A stretch of 61,668 bases of DNA, the filler included. It is 4 parts of 4 records of this genome, joined end to end, with 100 filler letters (N's around TTAATTAATTAA, not from the genome) between each part and the next. Parts side by side here need not be neighbours in the genome. Positions count along the whole stretch, not along the records: positions 1 to 17,216 come from SRR20825006_1631; positions 17,317 to 33,353 come from SRR20825006_1634; 2 more parts are not named here. One strand, written 5' to 3'. Under the pieces are notes generated by a model. That model saw only the letters and a program-made list of their open reading frames with translations, searched no databases and had not been told where the DNA came from. A program made the position numbers and the translations under genes. Position 1 is the stretch's first letter, and every line of letters starts with the position of its first letter. Positions 9,225-19,200 of this stretch are shown here, piece by piece.

Positions 9225-10853
9225 ATGACCGACGGCATCGAATCACTCTTGCCGCCCGCCGTCGCGATCATCCTGGCCCTGCTCACTCGCCGAGTCCTGT
9301 TTCCTCTCGCGATCGGCATTTTCGTCGGCACTTGGTTGCTGGCTTCCAATGAAGACGGTGGCGTAGCTAGCACACTCATTCAATCGTCGCAGCAGTTCTT
9401 CTTCACGATCGATCAATCCGTTCGCGATTGGGACCACCTTCACGTTCTCGCCTTCACATTGCTTCTCGGCGGAATGGTGGGTGTTTTGGAATCAGCGGGA
9501 AGCATGGCACGGATGATCTCCGGGTGGACCCGGCGTGTGTCAACTCGCCGAGGCGGTCAAACATTGATTGGCTTCACCGGCTTGCTGATCTTCTTTGACG
9601 ACTACGCCAACACGTTGCTAGTTGGTGGCACCATGCGGACCACGGCGGAACGCTATGGCATATCGAGAGCCAAGCTGGCTTATTTGGTCGACTCCACCGC
9701 TGCTCCTGTTGCTGGCCTAACCCTCGTGAGCACATGGGTCGCGACCGAACTGAGTTACCTGCAGACTGGATTGACCGACGCGGGGATCGAAACGACGAAC
9801 ATTACATTCTCGGTTTTCTTACATAGCCTTCCCTATCGCTTCTATCCGCTTTTGGCGTTGTGGTTTGTCTTCGTCATCGCCCGATCGGGAAGAGATTTCG
9901 GTCCGATGTGGGCGGAAGAAAACACCGCCTCTCGCAAGCCAATCCATCCTTACCGCTGGACATCTTCGACATCCTGGCGAGACACCTTCGCGGCGGTCAT
10001 GCCGATTGTGATTTGCTTGATCGTCATCAGCGGAGTGCTCGTCTGGACCGGATTGCAAACTCCCATCGAAGGTGAGATGTCGACCTGGCAAACCTTCGGC
10101 CACGTTATCGGTAACGGCAACTCTTACTTGGCGCTTGTTGCCGGAGGCGCCGCGGGCCTCATCGTCGCCGGGACACTTGCAATGCTGCTGAGCAAAGTGT
10201 CATGGGAACTGGTCGCGATGGGCACCGCGCAAGGCATGTTTCAAATGCTGCCGGCGATGGCAGTGCTTTGGTTGGCGTGGGGGCTTTCCTCACTCACCGC
10301 GACGGAACAACTCAACACCGGCGGTTATCTTGCATCCATTCTGGACACACGTCTTCCCGTGGAATGGCTCCCCACGTGCGTGTTCCTGCTGGCGGCGTTC
10401 ATCGCCTTTTCCACCGGAACCAGTTGGGGCACGATGGCGATTTTAACTCCACTGTCTGTTGCCTTGTCCGTCAACTTGCAAGAAGCCGCGTTGGCAGCAT
10501 CGCATACGGTGGCGATGGCGGGGCTGCAATCAACCACGACGGCTTCCCTCGCCATGTCGCCAATCTGTCTGGCGACCTTCAGCAGCGTGCTTGCCGGTGC
10601 CATCTTTGGCGATCACTGTTCACCGCTTTCTGACACAACGGTGCTGTCCAGTCGTGCTTGTGACTGCAACCACGTGCTGCACGTGCGAACGCAAATGCCT
10701 TACGCGTTGGTAGTCGGCGTCACCTGCATTTTGTTTGGAACGCTACCGGCATCGTGGGGCATTTCACCTTGGATCAGTTTACTGGTCTCTGCCGCAGTGC
10801 TCTGGTTGATCGTTCGCGTGCTCGGCAAACCTCCCCAAACCGCAGCACCCTAG
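9225..10853 (+). CDS. Na+/H+ antiporter NhaC family protein
   Basis: Polytopic; FFDDYAN, DSTAAPV, FSTGTSWGTM, GDHCSPLSDTTVLSS, HVRTQMPYA motifs. Confidence 0.9.
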   Translation: MTDGIESLLPPAVAIILALLTRRVLFPLAIGIFVGTWLLASNEDGGVASTLIQSSQQFFFTIDQSVRDWDHLHVLAFTLLLGGMVGVLESAGSMARMISGWTRRVSTRRGGQTLIGFTGLLIFFDDYANTLLVGGTMRTTAERYGISRAKLAYLVDSTAAPVAGLTLVSTWVATELSYLQTGLTDAGIETTNITFSVFLHSLPYRFYPLLALWFVFVIARSGRDFGPMWAEENTASRKPIHPYRWTSSTSWRDTFAAVMPIVICLIVISGVLVWTGLQTPIEGEMSTWQTFGHVIGNGNSYLALVAGGAAGLIVAGTLAMLLSKVSWELVAMGTAQGMFQMLPAMAVLWLAWGLSSLTATEQLNTGGYLASILDTRLPVEWLPTCVFLLAAFIAFSTGTSWGTMAILTPLSVALSVNLQEAALAASHTVAMAGLQSTTTASLAMSPICLATFSSVLAGAIFGDHCSPLSDTTVLSSRACDCNHVLHVRTQMPYALVVGVTCILFGTLPASWGISPWISLLVSAAVLWLIVRVLGKPPQTAAP

Positions 10854-11033
10854 TCGAGTTTGCTGGTTCTGCCAGATATCCCGATCCTAATTTGGCACGA
10901 CGCCTCCCTCTTCGGCGTTCGATTGAGCCTGCTCGTTGGATTGCCGATGAAAGAGTAGTGAAGTGCTCACTCGTTTAGCGCTTCCTCTCATTTGCGTGGC
11001 AGGTTTCTCAACGAAGTGAATAGTTCGTCGACC

Positions 11034-12041
11034 ATGGGTATTGCTGACGATCGCGGATTGACGAAAGCGGCAATCTTGCTGATGAGCCTTCCCACGAAGG
11101 TCGCAGCAAAGGTCCTCGGTCAACTTCCGCCGCGATTGATCGAAACGATCAGCATCAAAATCGCCCAAATCGACTCGGTTGGTGGTGACGAACAAGAAGT
11201 CGTGATCGCTGAGTTTTTGACCAGCAAAGCGAGCTCAATCTACGCCAGCCCGGGTGGATTGGAACGAGCCAAGGAACTGATCAAAGAAGCCCTTGGGCGA
11301 GACGCTGGCGAACTGATCGGCAATCTTCAGCAAACGATCGAAGCGATGCCTTTTGGCTTCGTCAAAAAGGTCGATACACAGACGTTGCTGCAGTTTATCG
11401 GCGAAGAACACCCGCAAACGATCGCCTTGTTGCTGTCTCACGTGCCGTCGTCCTATGCGGCGGAAGTGCTTGCGGGGCTAGACCCCGTGAAACAGCTAGA
11501 AGTCATTCGCCGTATCGCATCGATCGGCCGCACCAGTCCGACGGCAGTTTCTGAACTGGAACGTGGGTTGGAACTTCGCCTCAGCAACATGGTCAACCAG
11601 CAACACAGCAACACTGGTGGTGTCGAAAGCGTCGCTGAGATCCTCAACGTGGTCGAACGTGCAATCGAACGGACCATCATGGAATCTCTGGGTCGTGAAG
11701 ATCCGGAGTTGTCAGAAGACATCCGACGATTGATGTTTGTCTTCGAAGACATTTCCAAGCTGGGCGACCGCGACATCCAAGCGTTGCTGAAGAATGTCGA
11801 AACCGCTCAGTGGGCGATGGCATTGAAGGGTGCCAGCGAAGCTTTGCAGCAGAAAGTGCTGCGAAACATGAGTTCACGCGCGGCCGAGAACCTGCAGGAA
11901 GAAATGGGCTATCTGGGCAGCGTTCGGATCAGCGAAGTCGAAGCCGTCCAACAAAAGATCGTCGATATCGTCCGGCATCTCGAAGACACCGGCGAAATCT
12001 CACGCCCAACCGGCGAAGCCGAAGAAGAGTACGTTACCTAA
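11034..12041 (+). CDS. fliG: Flagellar motor switch protein FliG
   Basis: KAAILLMSL; EHPQTIALLLS; GGVESVAEILN; MFVFEDI; NMSSRAA; VEAVQQKIV. Confidence 0.95.
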   Translation: MGIADDRGLTKAAILLMSLPTKVAAKVLGQLPPRLIETISIKIAQIDSVGGDEQEVVIAEFLTSKASSIYASPGGLERAKELIKEALGRDAGELIGNLQQTIEAMPFGFVKKVDTQTLLQFIGEEHPQTIALLLSHVPSSYAAEVLAGLDPVKQLEVIRRIASIGRTSPTAVSELERGLELRLSNMVNQQHSNTGGVESVAEILNVVERAIERTIMESLGREDPELSEDIRRLMFVFEDISKLGDRDIQALLKNVETAQWAMALKGASEALQQKVLRNMSSRAAENLQEEMGYLGSVRISEVEAVQQKIVDIVRHLEDTGEISRPTGEAEEEYVT

Positions 12042-12388
12042 CGCTCCGGCTCAATCATGCCGGAAAGCTCGCTCAAAACCGGGCTTTCCTTCGCGGCCAA
12101 CCCATTTTGCCTTGATACAAAACGGTTGCTTTCCCTCGGGATGCTGCGCCCCGTCAGAAAAAACGGGTTCACCTCACCAAAACGGTTGAAGCATTTGACC
12201 GATGCGGTCCGATACTCCTTGTACCATGGATTGGGAGGGTGGAACGATCGGTGCCATATCGTTCCAGCAATGATAGGGCCATGGTGAGGCAGGGAGGGCT
12301 TCACCATGGCCCTTCCCTTTGCCCCATCAAGTTTCACGCGATTCGTTTCACAACATAGTAGCGTTGTACGCTCGCATCATGCGACGAC

Positions 12389-13090
12389 CTACAGTCGACG
12401 AACCCGAATGTTTCGATACGAAACTTCATCGTTGTGATCCTGCAAACAAATGTGTCCGTTGGTCGGTTCGCCGAAACCTTCCCATTTGCCGAACTTGGAT
12501 TTAGCAACCCGCTCGTTCCAGTCATCGCTGCCTTTGACGAACTCGCTGTACAAAACGCCGTTGACCTCGATTTGACACTTCGCGGGAGTGATCAACACTC
12601 GCAAGTGATTCCATTCACCGGCCGGTTTGGTCGAGTCAGTTTCGGATGGATACAGCTGGTACAACCATCCGCACTTTTGCGGATCGTGTCCACCTTTGTG
12701 ATCTTGGATCTGAATTTCAGGCCCGGTGTAGTAAGGCGGCTTCTTAGTTTCGACCACATGAAACATCACGCCGCTGTTGGCTGCGGGTGTGACCTTGAAA
12801 TCAAGTTCCAACTCAAATGCGTCAAACTTTTCTTTCGTGATCAGATTTTCACCACGAGCGGCATCGCCCTGATCCTTGCGTGAAATGCAAGTCAGAGCAT
12901 TGCCCTCGATCTTCCAACCGCTCGTCACCGAATCACGGTTGTATTCACGCCAGGCATCCAGATTACTGCCGTCAAACAGTGTTTCCCACTTTCCGGTGGG
13001 AGCAGCGGTGTCATCCGCCTTTGCGGCGTGTGAATTAGCCAAAAGTGTCGAAACACACAGGGTGACAGCAGCAAAGATATACGTTTTCAT
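12389..13090 (-). CDS. DUF1080 / 3-keto-disaccharide hydrolase family protein, secreted
   Basis: Signal peptide; WETLFDG, ANSGV, GPEIQIQD, GEWN, GHICLQDH, YRNIRVR. Confidence 0.88.
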   Translation of the reverse strand: MKTYIFAAVTLCVSTLLANSHAAKADDTAAPTGKWETLFDGSNLDAWREYNRDSVTSGWKIEGNALTCISRKDQGDAARGENLITKEKFDAFELELDFKVTPAANSGVMFHVVETKKPPYYTGPEIQIQDHKGGHDPQKCGWLYQLYPSETDSTKPAGEWNHLRVLITPAKCQIEVNGVLYSEFVKGSDDWNERVAKSKFGKWEGFGEPTNGHICLQDHNDEVSYRNIRVRRL

Positions 13091-13174
13091 CAGCAATTCG
13101 CAGGTGGGAAAGTGGGGTGGGGACATTGGCGGGAATATCCGCCGAGCTGCCAAACAGAACAGCTGGCGAAGATT

Positions 13175-14704
13175 TTACTCGCTTACAGCGTCCGATGTGG
13201 GTTTCGATACAGAGTCTTCTGCCGGCACGCGAAAGAATTGCAATTCGATCGGAGTTTGTTTCGTTTCCGATTCGGAATCATCGCCGTCATCGTCCCCCGC
13301 GACGTCAAGCCGGGTCAGCGCCGCCGTCAGTGTTTGTGCGCCTCCGCCTTCGAAATAATCGATGCGTATCGGATGCAAACCCGCGCCGGCTCGCACCAAT
13401 CGGCTGACCGTCATCGGCGGATGGTTGCCATCGTGGTCCAAGAAAAGCTTGTCGTGGAGGAAGACTCGACTGCCATCGTCGGATGTGATTTGAAATCGAT
13501 ACAAACCCTCCTCCGGCACGCGAAACATCGCGTTGATCGATAAAGCAAAATCGTCTCGCTGATCACCCTGAATCTCTTCCAAATTCAGCGAATCGACTTG
13601 CCCTGTTCTTTCAACTTCCATCGTTTCGAACTCGGGCAACTTTTTGAACTTCCCCAAATACATGCGGTAGTCCAGCCCCGGTTCGAGGGTTTCCACCTCG
13701 ACGCCTTTCAACCGAGGCACCGGAATGGTCTGCATCGAAACCGGTATCGCTGCTCCGCGTCTGCTCGCCAGCAACTCAACCTCTTCTGATTCTCTGAGCA
13801 CTCGATCCAAAGCCAACGTGTATTGAGCCGCATTGCGAACACGAGTCCCCGCCACCATCTCAATCACATCGCCGGCGAGTATCCCAGCTTCCGCGGCTGG
13901 CGAACCTTCTTCAACCGCGGCAACAACGGCCGCTTCGGCAAGTGGATTGAGCGAGACGCCCACCCACCGATCGTGTCGTAGTTCCGGTTCAACGATACGA
14001 ACAATCAACTTGCGAACGCGGTCGATTGGAATGGCAAATCCTGCGTTTTGTTCTTCCGGGTTCACGCGAGATACGATCCCGATGATCTTGCCTTCCATAT
14101 TCACCAACGGACCGCCCGAGTTGCCGCGGTTGCTTGCAGCGTCGAACCGCAAGTAGTCATCTCGTGCGAGCAAGTTGTAATTCGTTGCAATCAATGCGTT
14201 TGGCATGTCCAAGTATGTTTTCTTGGAACTGACGATTCCCGATGTGATTGTGATTCCGCGACCACCGGGGTTGCCAGCTACGACGACCGCTTCGCCATTG
14301 TGGACGTCGTTGCTGCGTCCCAGCGGAACGATTGGCAAGTGTCCCTTCACGTGCAATAGGCGAACGATGGCCATGTCCTTTTCGGGCATTCTGCCGACAA
14401 CTTCAAATTTGCCCGCAACCTTGCCTAGCACCGCGTAGCCGGTGTCGCTCGACAACACGTGGTCATTGGTTAGCACATACCCGGACGATTCAATGATGGT
14501 TCCACTGCCCGAATTAAAACCACCAGTCTTCTCGTCCCTTAAAAACAATCCGACCACCGCGGGCTCCACCTTGTCGATGACATCCACCAACGGAGACCAG
14601 CGGGGAGATCGCGGGTCGAGTCTCGTTGGCTCGTCAGCCAAGACCGATTGCGAAAACGTTGGCCAGATCAAAGATGCACAGAAAACGATCGAAAAAAGTC
14701 GCAT
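13175..14704 (-). CDS. Trypsin-like (S1C) serine protease with PDZ and C-terminal PA14 domain
   Basis: Triad motifs LTNDHV, KDMAIV, GNSGGPL; PDZ GSPAAEAGILAGDVI; PA14 GLYRFQITSDDGSRV...DHDGNH...GLHPIRIDYFEGGG; start placed at MRLFSIVF. Confidence 0.88.
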   Translation of the reverse strand: MRLFSIVFCASLIWPTFSQSVLADEPTRLDPRSPRWSPLVDVIDKVEPAVVGLFLRDEKTGGFNSGSGTIIESSGYVLTNDHVLSSDTGYAVLGKVAGKFEVVGRMPEKDMAIVRLLHVKGHLPIVPLGRSNDVHNGEAVVVAGNPGGRGITITSGIVSSKKTYLDMPNALIATNYNLLARDDYLRFDAASNRGNSGGPLVNMEGKIIGIVSRVNPEEQNAGFAIPIDRVRKLIVRIVEPELRHDRWVGVSLNPLAEAAVVAAVEEGSPAAEAGILAGDVIEMVAGTRVRNAAQYTLALDRVLRESEEVELLASRRGAAIPVSMQTIPVPRLKGVEVETLEPGLDYRMYLGKFKKLPEFETMEVERTGQVDSLNLEEIQGDQRDDFALSINAMFRVPEEGLYRFQITSDDGSRVFLHDKLFLDHDGNHPPMTVSRLVRAGAGLHPIRIDYFEGGGAQTLTAALTRLDVAGDDDGDDSESETKQTPIELQFFRVPAEDSVSKPTSDAVSE

Positions 14705-14853
14705 GAGTTTTTCGCGGCGCAGGTCGGTAAGAATCAAAGGCAACAACCTACCGATATTTCCAACGACTCGCGATCCACCATGATCGCACCCCACACAGTG
14801 CCGCTTCGCAAAGATGGAACGGCGAAGCAAACGAAACGCCGACATCAGCATTA

Positions 14854-16557
14854 TTAAGTGGACGTTGTCGTCTCAACGACGGGCAAACTGGGTGACGCCA
14901 CCGCGATAGGCCTCTCGGTATGCTTCAATTGAGCCGCCGAACCGCAGTCTGACTTCACCGCGGCAGGTTGGTCGGAACGCATCGCTTTTCCATAGGTCGA
15001 TACGAACTTGGACGGATCGTCGATCATCTCGGTGGTCATGCGGTGATGATGGTAATGCATCGCGCACTTCAGCACATAGAAGAAATAGATCTCTGGAGTC
15101 GCGAACCTCCTGCGGACCGCCGCCAAGATCTGACGCCGGTAAGTCCGGCGCAAATCGGCATCTGGGACCTTCCACATCAACCTGATGAACATGGCGACGA
15201 AGCCGACTGTGAAGATGGCGCGTTGCTTGCGACGCTGCCACCGATGCTTTTCGAAATAGCTTGTGTTCAACGCACGAAACTGAAATCGATCGCGAACAAA
15301 CAATTGGTCCAAACGATCGAAGTAAACATCCGGTTCGTATGCGTTTCGCATCGTTTCCAAGTACCCGCGAAGTAACTCGTCTCGCGTCATACTCTTGGGA
15401 ATGACGTTGGTGCCAAAGTGATGCTCGTCGGCAAGGTCCAAACGCCCCTCTTCCAATAGCCGAGCATGCAGCGGCGTTTTGGGAATCGCGTGCAGGAGTC
15501 CAACCATGGCGTGTGCGATCCGCGAATCCTTTAAAAACTTTTGCTGAGTCTCGAAAATGGCCGACGTGTCGTTGTCAAAACCAACGATCAATCCGCACCA
15601 AACTTCCATTCCGAAGTCCTGGATGCGATGAACCTTTTCCAGCATCGTGCCGCCGCGACTGCGGACGTTTTGATACTTCTTGGTTTCTTTCAGCGACTCC
15701 TCGTCGGGGCTTTCCAGTCCGATGAACACGGATTGAATGTTGGCTTCCGCCATCAACTCCATTAGCTCATCGTCTTCGCACAAATCCAAAGACGCTTCGG
15801 TGCTGAACACGATGGGATATCCGTGGCGTTTTTGCCACGTCGCGACTTCGCGGAGAACCGGTTTGATCGCCTTCTTGTTGCCGATGAGATTGTCGTCCAC
15901 GATAAAAACGATATGCATCCCTTGGGCAAGCAAGCTGTCCAGTTCGGCGGTCACTTGCGACGCTTGTTTGATGCGAGGACGACGACCAAACGTGACGATG
16001 ATGTCACAGAACTCGCATTGAAACGGACATCCGCGAGAGATCTGAAGGCTGCCGACGAGGTAATGCTTGTTCTTCAGCAGATCGTGACGTGGTGTGGGGA
16101 CCGTCGTCATCTCCGTCTTGTCGGTTTGTTCATACCGCTGGCCGTAATCACCTTCCTGCCACTCTTTTAGGAAACGCGGCCAAGTGACTTCTGCTTCACC
16201 GATAAAGACGACGTCCACTCGATCGCCGAAGTAGTCCTCTTCGACCGTTACCCATGGTCCACCGATGACAACAAAGCAACCACGATCCTTCAACTCCGTG
16301 ACGATCGAATCCATTCGGAAACGCTGAACGCTCATGCCCGTCATCGCGATGAGATCGAACGTTTGAAGCTCGTCAAAATCCAGTGGCTCGACATTCTCGT
16401 CAAACAGAACGACTTCATGCTCCGGCGGTGTCAGCGCGGCCAGCAACGGAAGACTTGCCACGGGCATGTTGGCCTTCTTGCCAAACAAAGGCTGCGAATA
16501 CTCCAGCCCCCAATACGAAACTTCAAAGGCGGGGTTGATGATCGCGATCCGTGACAT
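14854..16557 (-). CDS. B12-binding radical SAM protein (DUF4070-type C-terminus)
   Basis: N-terminal cobalamin-binding region with VIGGPW; SRGCPFQCEFCDI; VDDNLIGN; IVGFDND. Confidence 0.9.
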   Translation of the reverse strand: MSRIAIINPAFEVSYWGLEYSQPLFGKKANMPVASLPLLAALTPPEHEVVLFDENVEPLDFDELQTFDLIAMTGMSVQRFRMDSIVTELKDRGCFVVIGGPWVTVEEDYFGDRVDVVFIGEAEVTWPRFLKEWQEGDYGQRYEQTDKTEMTTVPTPRHDLLKNKHYLVGSLQISRGCPFQCEFCDIIVTFGRRPRIKQASQVTAELDSLLAQGMHIVFIVDDNLIGNKKAIKPVLREVATWQKRHGYPIVFSTEASLDLCEDDELMELMAEANIQSVFIGLESPDEESLKETKKYQNVRSRGGTMLEKVHRIQDFGMEVWCGLIVGFDNDTSAIFETQQKFLKDSRIAHAMVGLLHAIPKTPLHARLLEEGRLDLADEHHFGTNVIPKSMTRDELLRGYLETMRNAYEPDVYFDRLDQLFVRDRFQFRALNTSYFEKHRWQRRKQRAIFTVGFVAMFIRLMWKVPDADLRRTYRRQILAAVRRRFATPEIYFFYVLKCAMHYHHHRMTTEMIDDPSKFVSTYGKAMRSDQPAAVKSDCGSAAQLKHTERPIAVASPSLPVVETTTST

Positions 16558-16750
16558 ATTCGCACCTGTGAGTTTTGCGTGAGTTGCCAACCGAACATCA
16601 GCATACCGCAGAACCCACCATCAGGGGGTGCGAATCACTTTCTTTGGAAAATGCCTGTGCAAGGATGTACCCCGCGCCCCAACCGTCGTTGGAATCAACC
16701 TGACACAAAATGCACCTTCACGAGCATTCCTCGCTTTCCCACCCACGACC

Positions 16751-17140
16751 ATGTATCAGCACGACTGGATCATCGATTTGGCCGACCGACTGTCTGACGG
16801 TCCCGATGGCGGTCCCATCGCACGGCGGGTCGTGGGAATTGGTGCAGCGGCGGTGGTTTGCTTTTATGGACTGCGATGCTGCCTTCTCCAGCGAGCGACC
16901 ACGATCAACCTTTCCCGCGGCGGGCAAATGTCCCCGATGTTCTGGAGAGAACACATCGGCACGCCCGCGATCACGTTTGGAGTGTTGCTGATCTGCATCG
17001 GGCTGTTCATTCACTTCCGATGGTACTGGGGCAATCACAAACGACTGCAGTACTACTACGAGATCCCAACGGCAATCTCGATCGTCTCCTTCATCATTGC
17101 GATGACCGTCCACCTGTGGACCGTTTGGCAATGGACGTGA
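16751..17140 (+). CDS. Small membrane protein (3 TM)
   Basis: Three hydrophobic segments; start placed at ATG 16751. Confidence 0.55.
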   Translation: MYQHDWIIDLADRLSDGPDGGPIARRVVGIGAAAVVCFYGLRCCLLQRATTINLSRGGQMSPMFWREHIGTPAITFGVLLICIGLFIHFRWYWGNHKRLQYYYEIPTAISIVSFIIAMTVHLWTVWQWT

Positions 17141-17216
17141 GCTTCGTCCGTGTCGCGCGAGGCGAAAGAAGTCCGAGCACCAGAGGAGAACCGTTGTCCT
17201 CAACTGTTCCGTCGGG

Positions 17217-17316
17217 NNNNNNNNNNNNNNNNNNNNNNNNNNNNNNNNNNNNNNNNNNNNTTAATTAATTAANNNNNNNNNNNNNNNNNNNNNNNNNNNN
17301 NNNNNNNNNNNNNNNN
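17217..17316. other. Artificial contig linker
   Basis: N-run, TTAATTAATTAA (stops in all six frames), N-run; 100 nt. Confidence 0.99.
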
Positions 17317-17317
17317 C

Positions 17318-17746
17318 CACGACCAAGTGGAAGCCATGACCATGGCGGATCGGATCGTGGTGCTGAAAGATGGTGTGGTGCAGCAGGTGGGCACGCCCAT
17401 GGAGCTTTACGAAAAGCCCAATAGTCTATTCGTGGCCGGGTTTATCGGCTCGCCGAAAATGAACTTCATTAAAGGCGACCAGGCCAAGCCATTTAACGCC
17501 CATACGGTTGGCGTGCGCGCCGAACATTTGGATATTGTCGACGCTAACGGCGATTTCAGCGGCACCGTGATGCACACAGAAGTGCTTGGCGCAGACACTT
17601 ATATCTACATCAATATCGGTGAAGAAGAACCACTTGTGGTGCGCCGCGATGGCAACGCACCACTTGGTTTTGGCGAAACAGTTCACATCAAAACCCGGCC
17701 TGATTATGTTCATCGCTTTGATGAAAAAGGCCAACCGATTTACTGA
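17318..17746 (+). CDS. Carbohydrate ABC transporter ATP-binding protein (MalK-like), 3' part only
   Basis: [32 protein letters not shown]-like end; truncated by contig edge. Confidence 0.92.
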   Translation, partial: HDQVEAMTMADRIVVLKDGVVQQVGTPMELYEKPNSLFVAGFIGSPKMNFIKGDQAKPFNAHTVGVRAEHLDIVDANGDFSGTVMHTEVLGADTYIYINIGEEEPLVVRRDGNAPLGFGETVHIKTRPDYVHRFDEKGQPIY

Positions 17747-17776
17747 TCCTCCCCGCTCGCCTTGTGAGCGAACTTT

Positions 17777-17802
17777 GAGCCCGGCTTAGCCGGGTTCTTT
17801 TT
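17777..17802 (+). terminator. Rho-independent terminator
   Basis: GAGCCCGGC-TTA-GCCGGGTTC followed by T run. Confidence 0.75.
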
Positions 17803-18556
17803 ATTTAAGGTTGCCGGGCAGGGATAAATCACCAGAAGCAACGTCAAAAACATCTGTCACGCACAAGAGCGGCGCATGAATGTTGGCGTTGACTTTCAGG
17901 GCGGCTGTCACCCCGTCATAATTGACGCCACTCAAATCCACATCTTGATCAAAGGGCACGGTTACGCGAACTTCTGTTGCCTCAAATTGTGGGCTATAGC
18001 CAGGGCTGTCGATAAAGATAGGCAGGCCGGGCCAAGTTTTAGGCAGTTTGGGCGACGTACCCTCTGGAATGTCACGCACAGCCAACGCGCCTTCGCCACA
18101 GCTCGGCGTGGGGGTGAGCACCACCCAATGGGAGTGCCACAGATCACCGTCATTATCTAATCTGCCATCATTATTTTCATCGTAAAGCGGCGTGTCATCA
18201 AAATCGGGATGCACCGTTGCGGCCAACGCCAAGATGCCCGTTTCGCCTTCAAAACCGACAGCCGAAGGATCAAGTGAAGTAGGCCACACATAGGCATAAA
18301 CACCCGCGCCACCCAATTCACCTGTTGCCTCGGGACTTTCTTTGCCCGCATTGCCCACGGTGCTGAGGTGAAAGGTTACCACTTGCCCATTGCGATGGGC
18401 GTGCGCAGCCAAAAGGTCAAAACTTGCGTTGATCTGTGCATTTTGCGGTGAGGTCACCGCGTCTTGCATATCTTTGGCGTGATTTCCGTCTGCCAAGGCA
18501 GCGCCTGCAAGGCTGGTTAAAAGGGCAGTTCCTAGAATGATATTTTTCATTTTCAC
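17801..18556 (-). CDS. Uncharacterised secreted protein (His/Asp motifs)
   Basis: Signal peptide ending AALA; HPDFDDTPLYDENNDG...WHSHWVVL; two Cys; AGGAG RBS. Confidence 0.8.
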   Translation of the reverse strand: MKMKNIILGTALLTSLAGAALADGNHAKDMQDAVTSPQNAQINASFDLLAAHAHRNGQVVTFHLSTVGNAGKESPEATGELGGAGVYAYVWPTSLDPSAVGFEGETGILALAATVHPDFDDTPLYDENNDGRLDNDGDLWHSHWVVLTPTPSCGEGALAVRDIPEGTSPKLPKTWPGLPIFIDSPGYSPQFEATEVRVTVPFDQDVDLSGVNYDGVTAALKVNANIHAPLLCVTDVFDVASGDLSLPGNLK

Positions 18557-18580
18557 TTCTCCTGTTGTGGAGAAGTCTTT

Positions 18581-18629
18581 TTAATAGTGAGTCGAAACTA
18601 TTGCAATAGTAATTTTGACTCGCTATTAA
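18581..18629. promoter_or_regulatory. Nested dyad operator between divergent genes, probable MarR site
   Basis: TTAATAGTGAGTCGAAA / TTTTGACTCGCTATTAA (15 of 17 complementary) around the perfect palindrome ACTATTGCAATAGT (18597-18610). Confidence 0.7.
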
Positions 18630-18635
18630 TTGCTT

Positions 18636-19190
18636 ATGAGCGAATCTAAACAAAAATCGATTTTGGAAATGTTGGAACGCATTGGGCGGCTTACGCAGGC
18701 TGAACAATGGACCAATGATTTGAACCCCACCCAGCTGGCAGCGCTGAAATATTTGGCGCGGGCCAATCGTTTTTCGCGCGCGCCTTCGCATGTTGCTGAC
18801 TATCTTGGCACCACGCGAGGCACCGTGTCGCAAACGCTAAAGGCATTGGTGCGCAAAGGCTTGATCAAGGAAGTGAGATCTGACGCAGATCGGCGATCCA
18901 TCCGGTATGATTTATGCGCGGGGCATGATCAAGCGCTGGACGTGGAGACCTCGATTGCCAAAGCAGTGGCACAAATGGGCGCCGATGACCTGCGTCCCCT
19001 TTCTGAAGGATTGCGCAACCTGCTCACCACAACATTGGAAATGCGGGGAAACCGCACATTTGGCATGTGCAATAGCTGTAAACATCATCATAAACAGGCA
19101 GATAGCAAAGCTTATTGTGCTTTGCTGAAGGTGGATTTGGAACCGCACCAAACAACCCAAATCTGCCATGAACATGGTCGCGCCGCGTAA
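18636..19190 (+). CDS. MarR family regulator with C-terminal Cys/His cluster
   Basis: wHTH ADYLGTTRGTVSQTLKALVRKGLI...DRRS; tail CNSCKHHH...C...CHEH. Confidence 0.88.
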   Translation: MSESKQKSILEMLERIGRLTQAEQWTNDLNPTQLAALKYLARANRFSRAPSHVADYLGTTRGTVSQTLKALVRKGLIKEVRSDADRRSIRYDLCAGHDQALDVETSIAKAVAQMGADDLRPLSEGLRNLLTTTLEMRGNRTFGMCNSCKHHHKQADSKAYCALLKVDLEPHQTTQICHEHGRAA

Positions 19191-19200
19191 GGATTTCTAA

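Noticed and set aside
12038-12337. Small ORFs in the fliG-DUF1080 gap
   Set aside because: No clear RBS, motif or convincing composition; cannot be supported from sequence alone.
17261-17272. TTAATTAATTAA as a regulatory or CtrA-like site (also at 33398 and 48904)
   Set aside because: It is the artificial six-frame stop linker.
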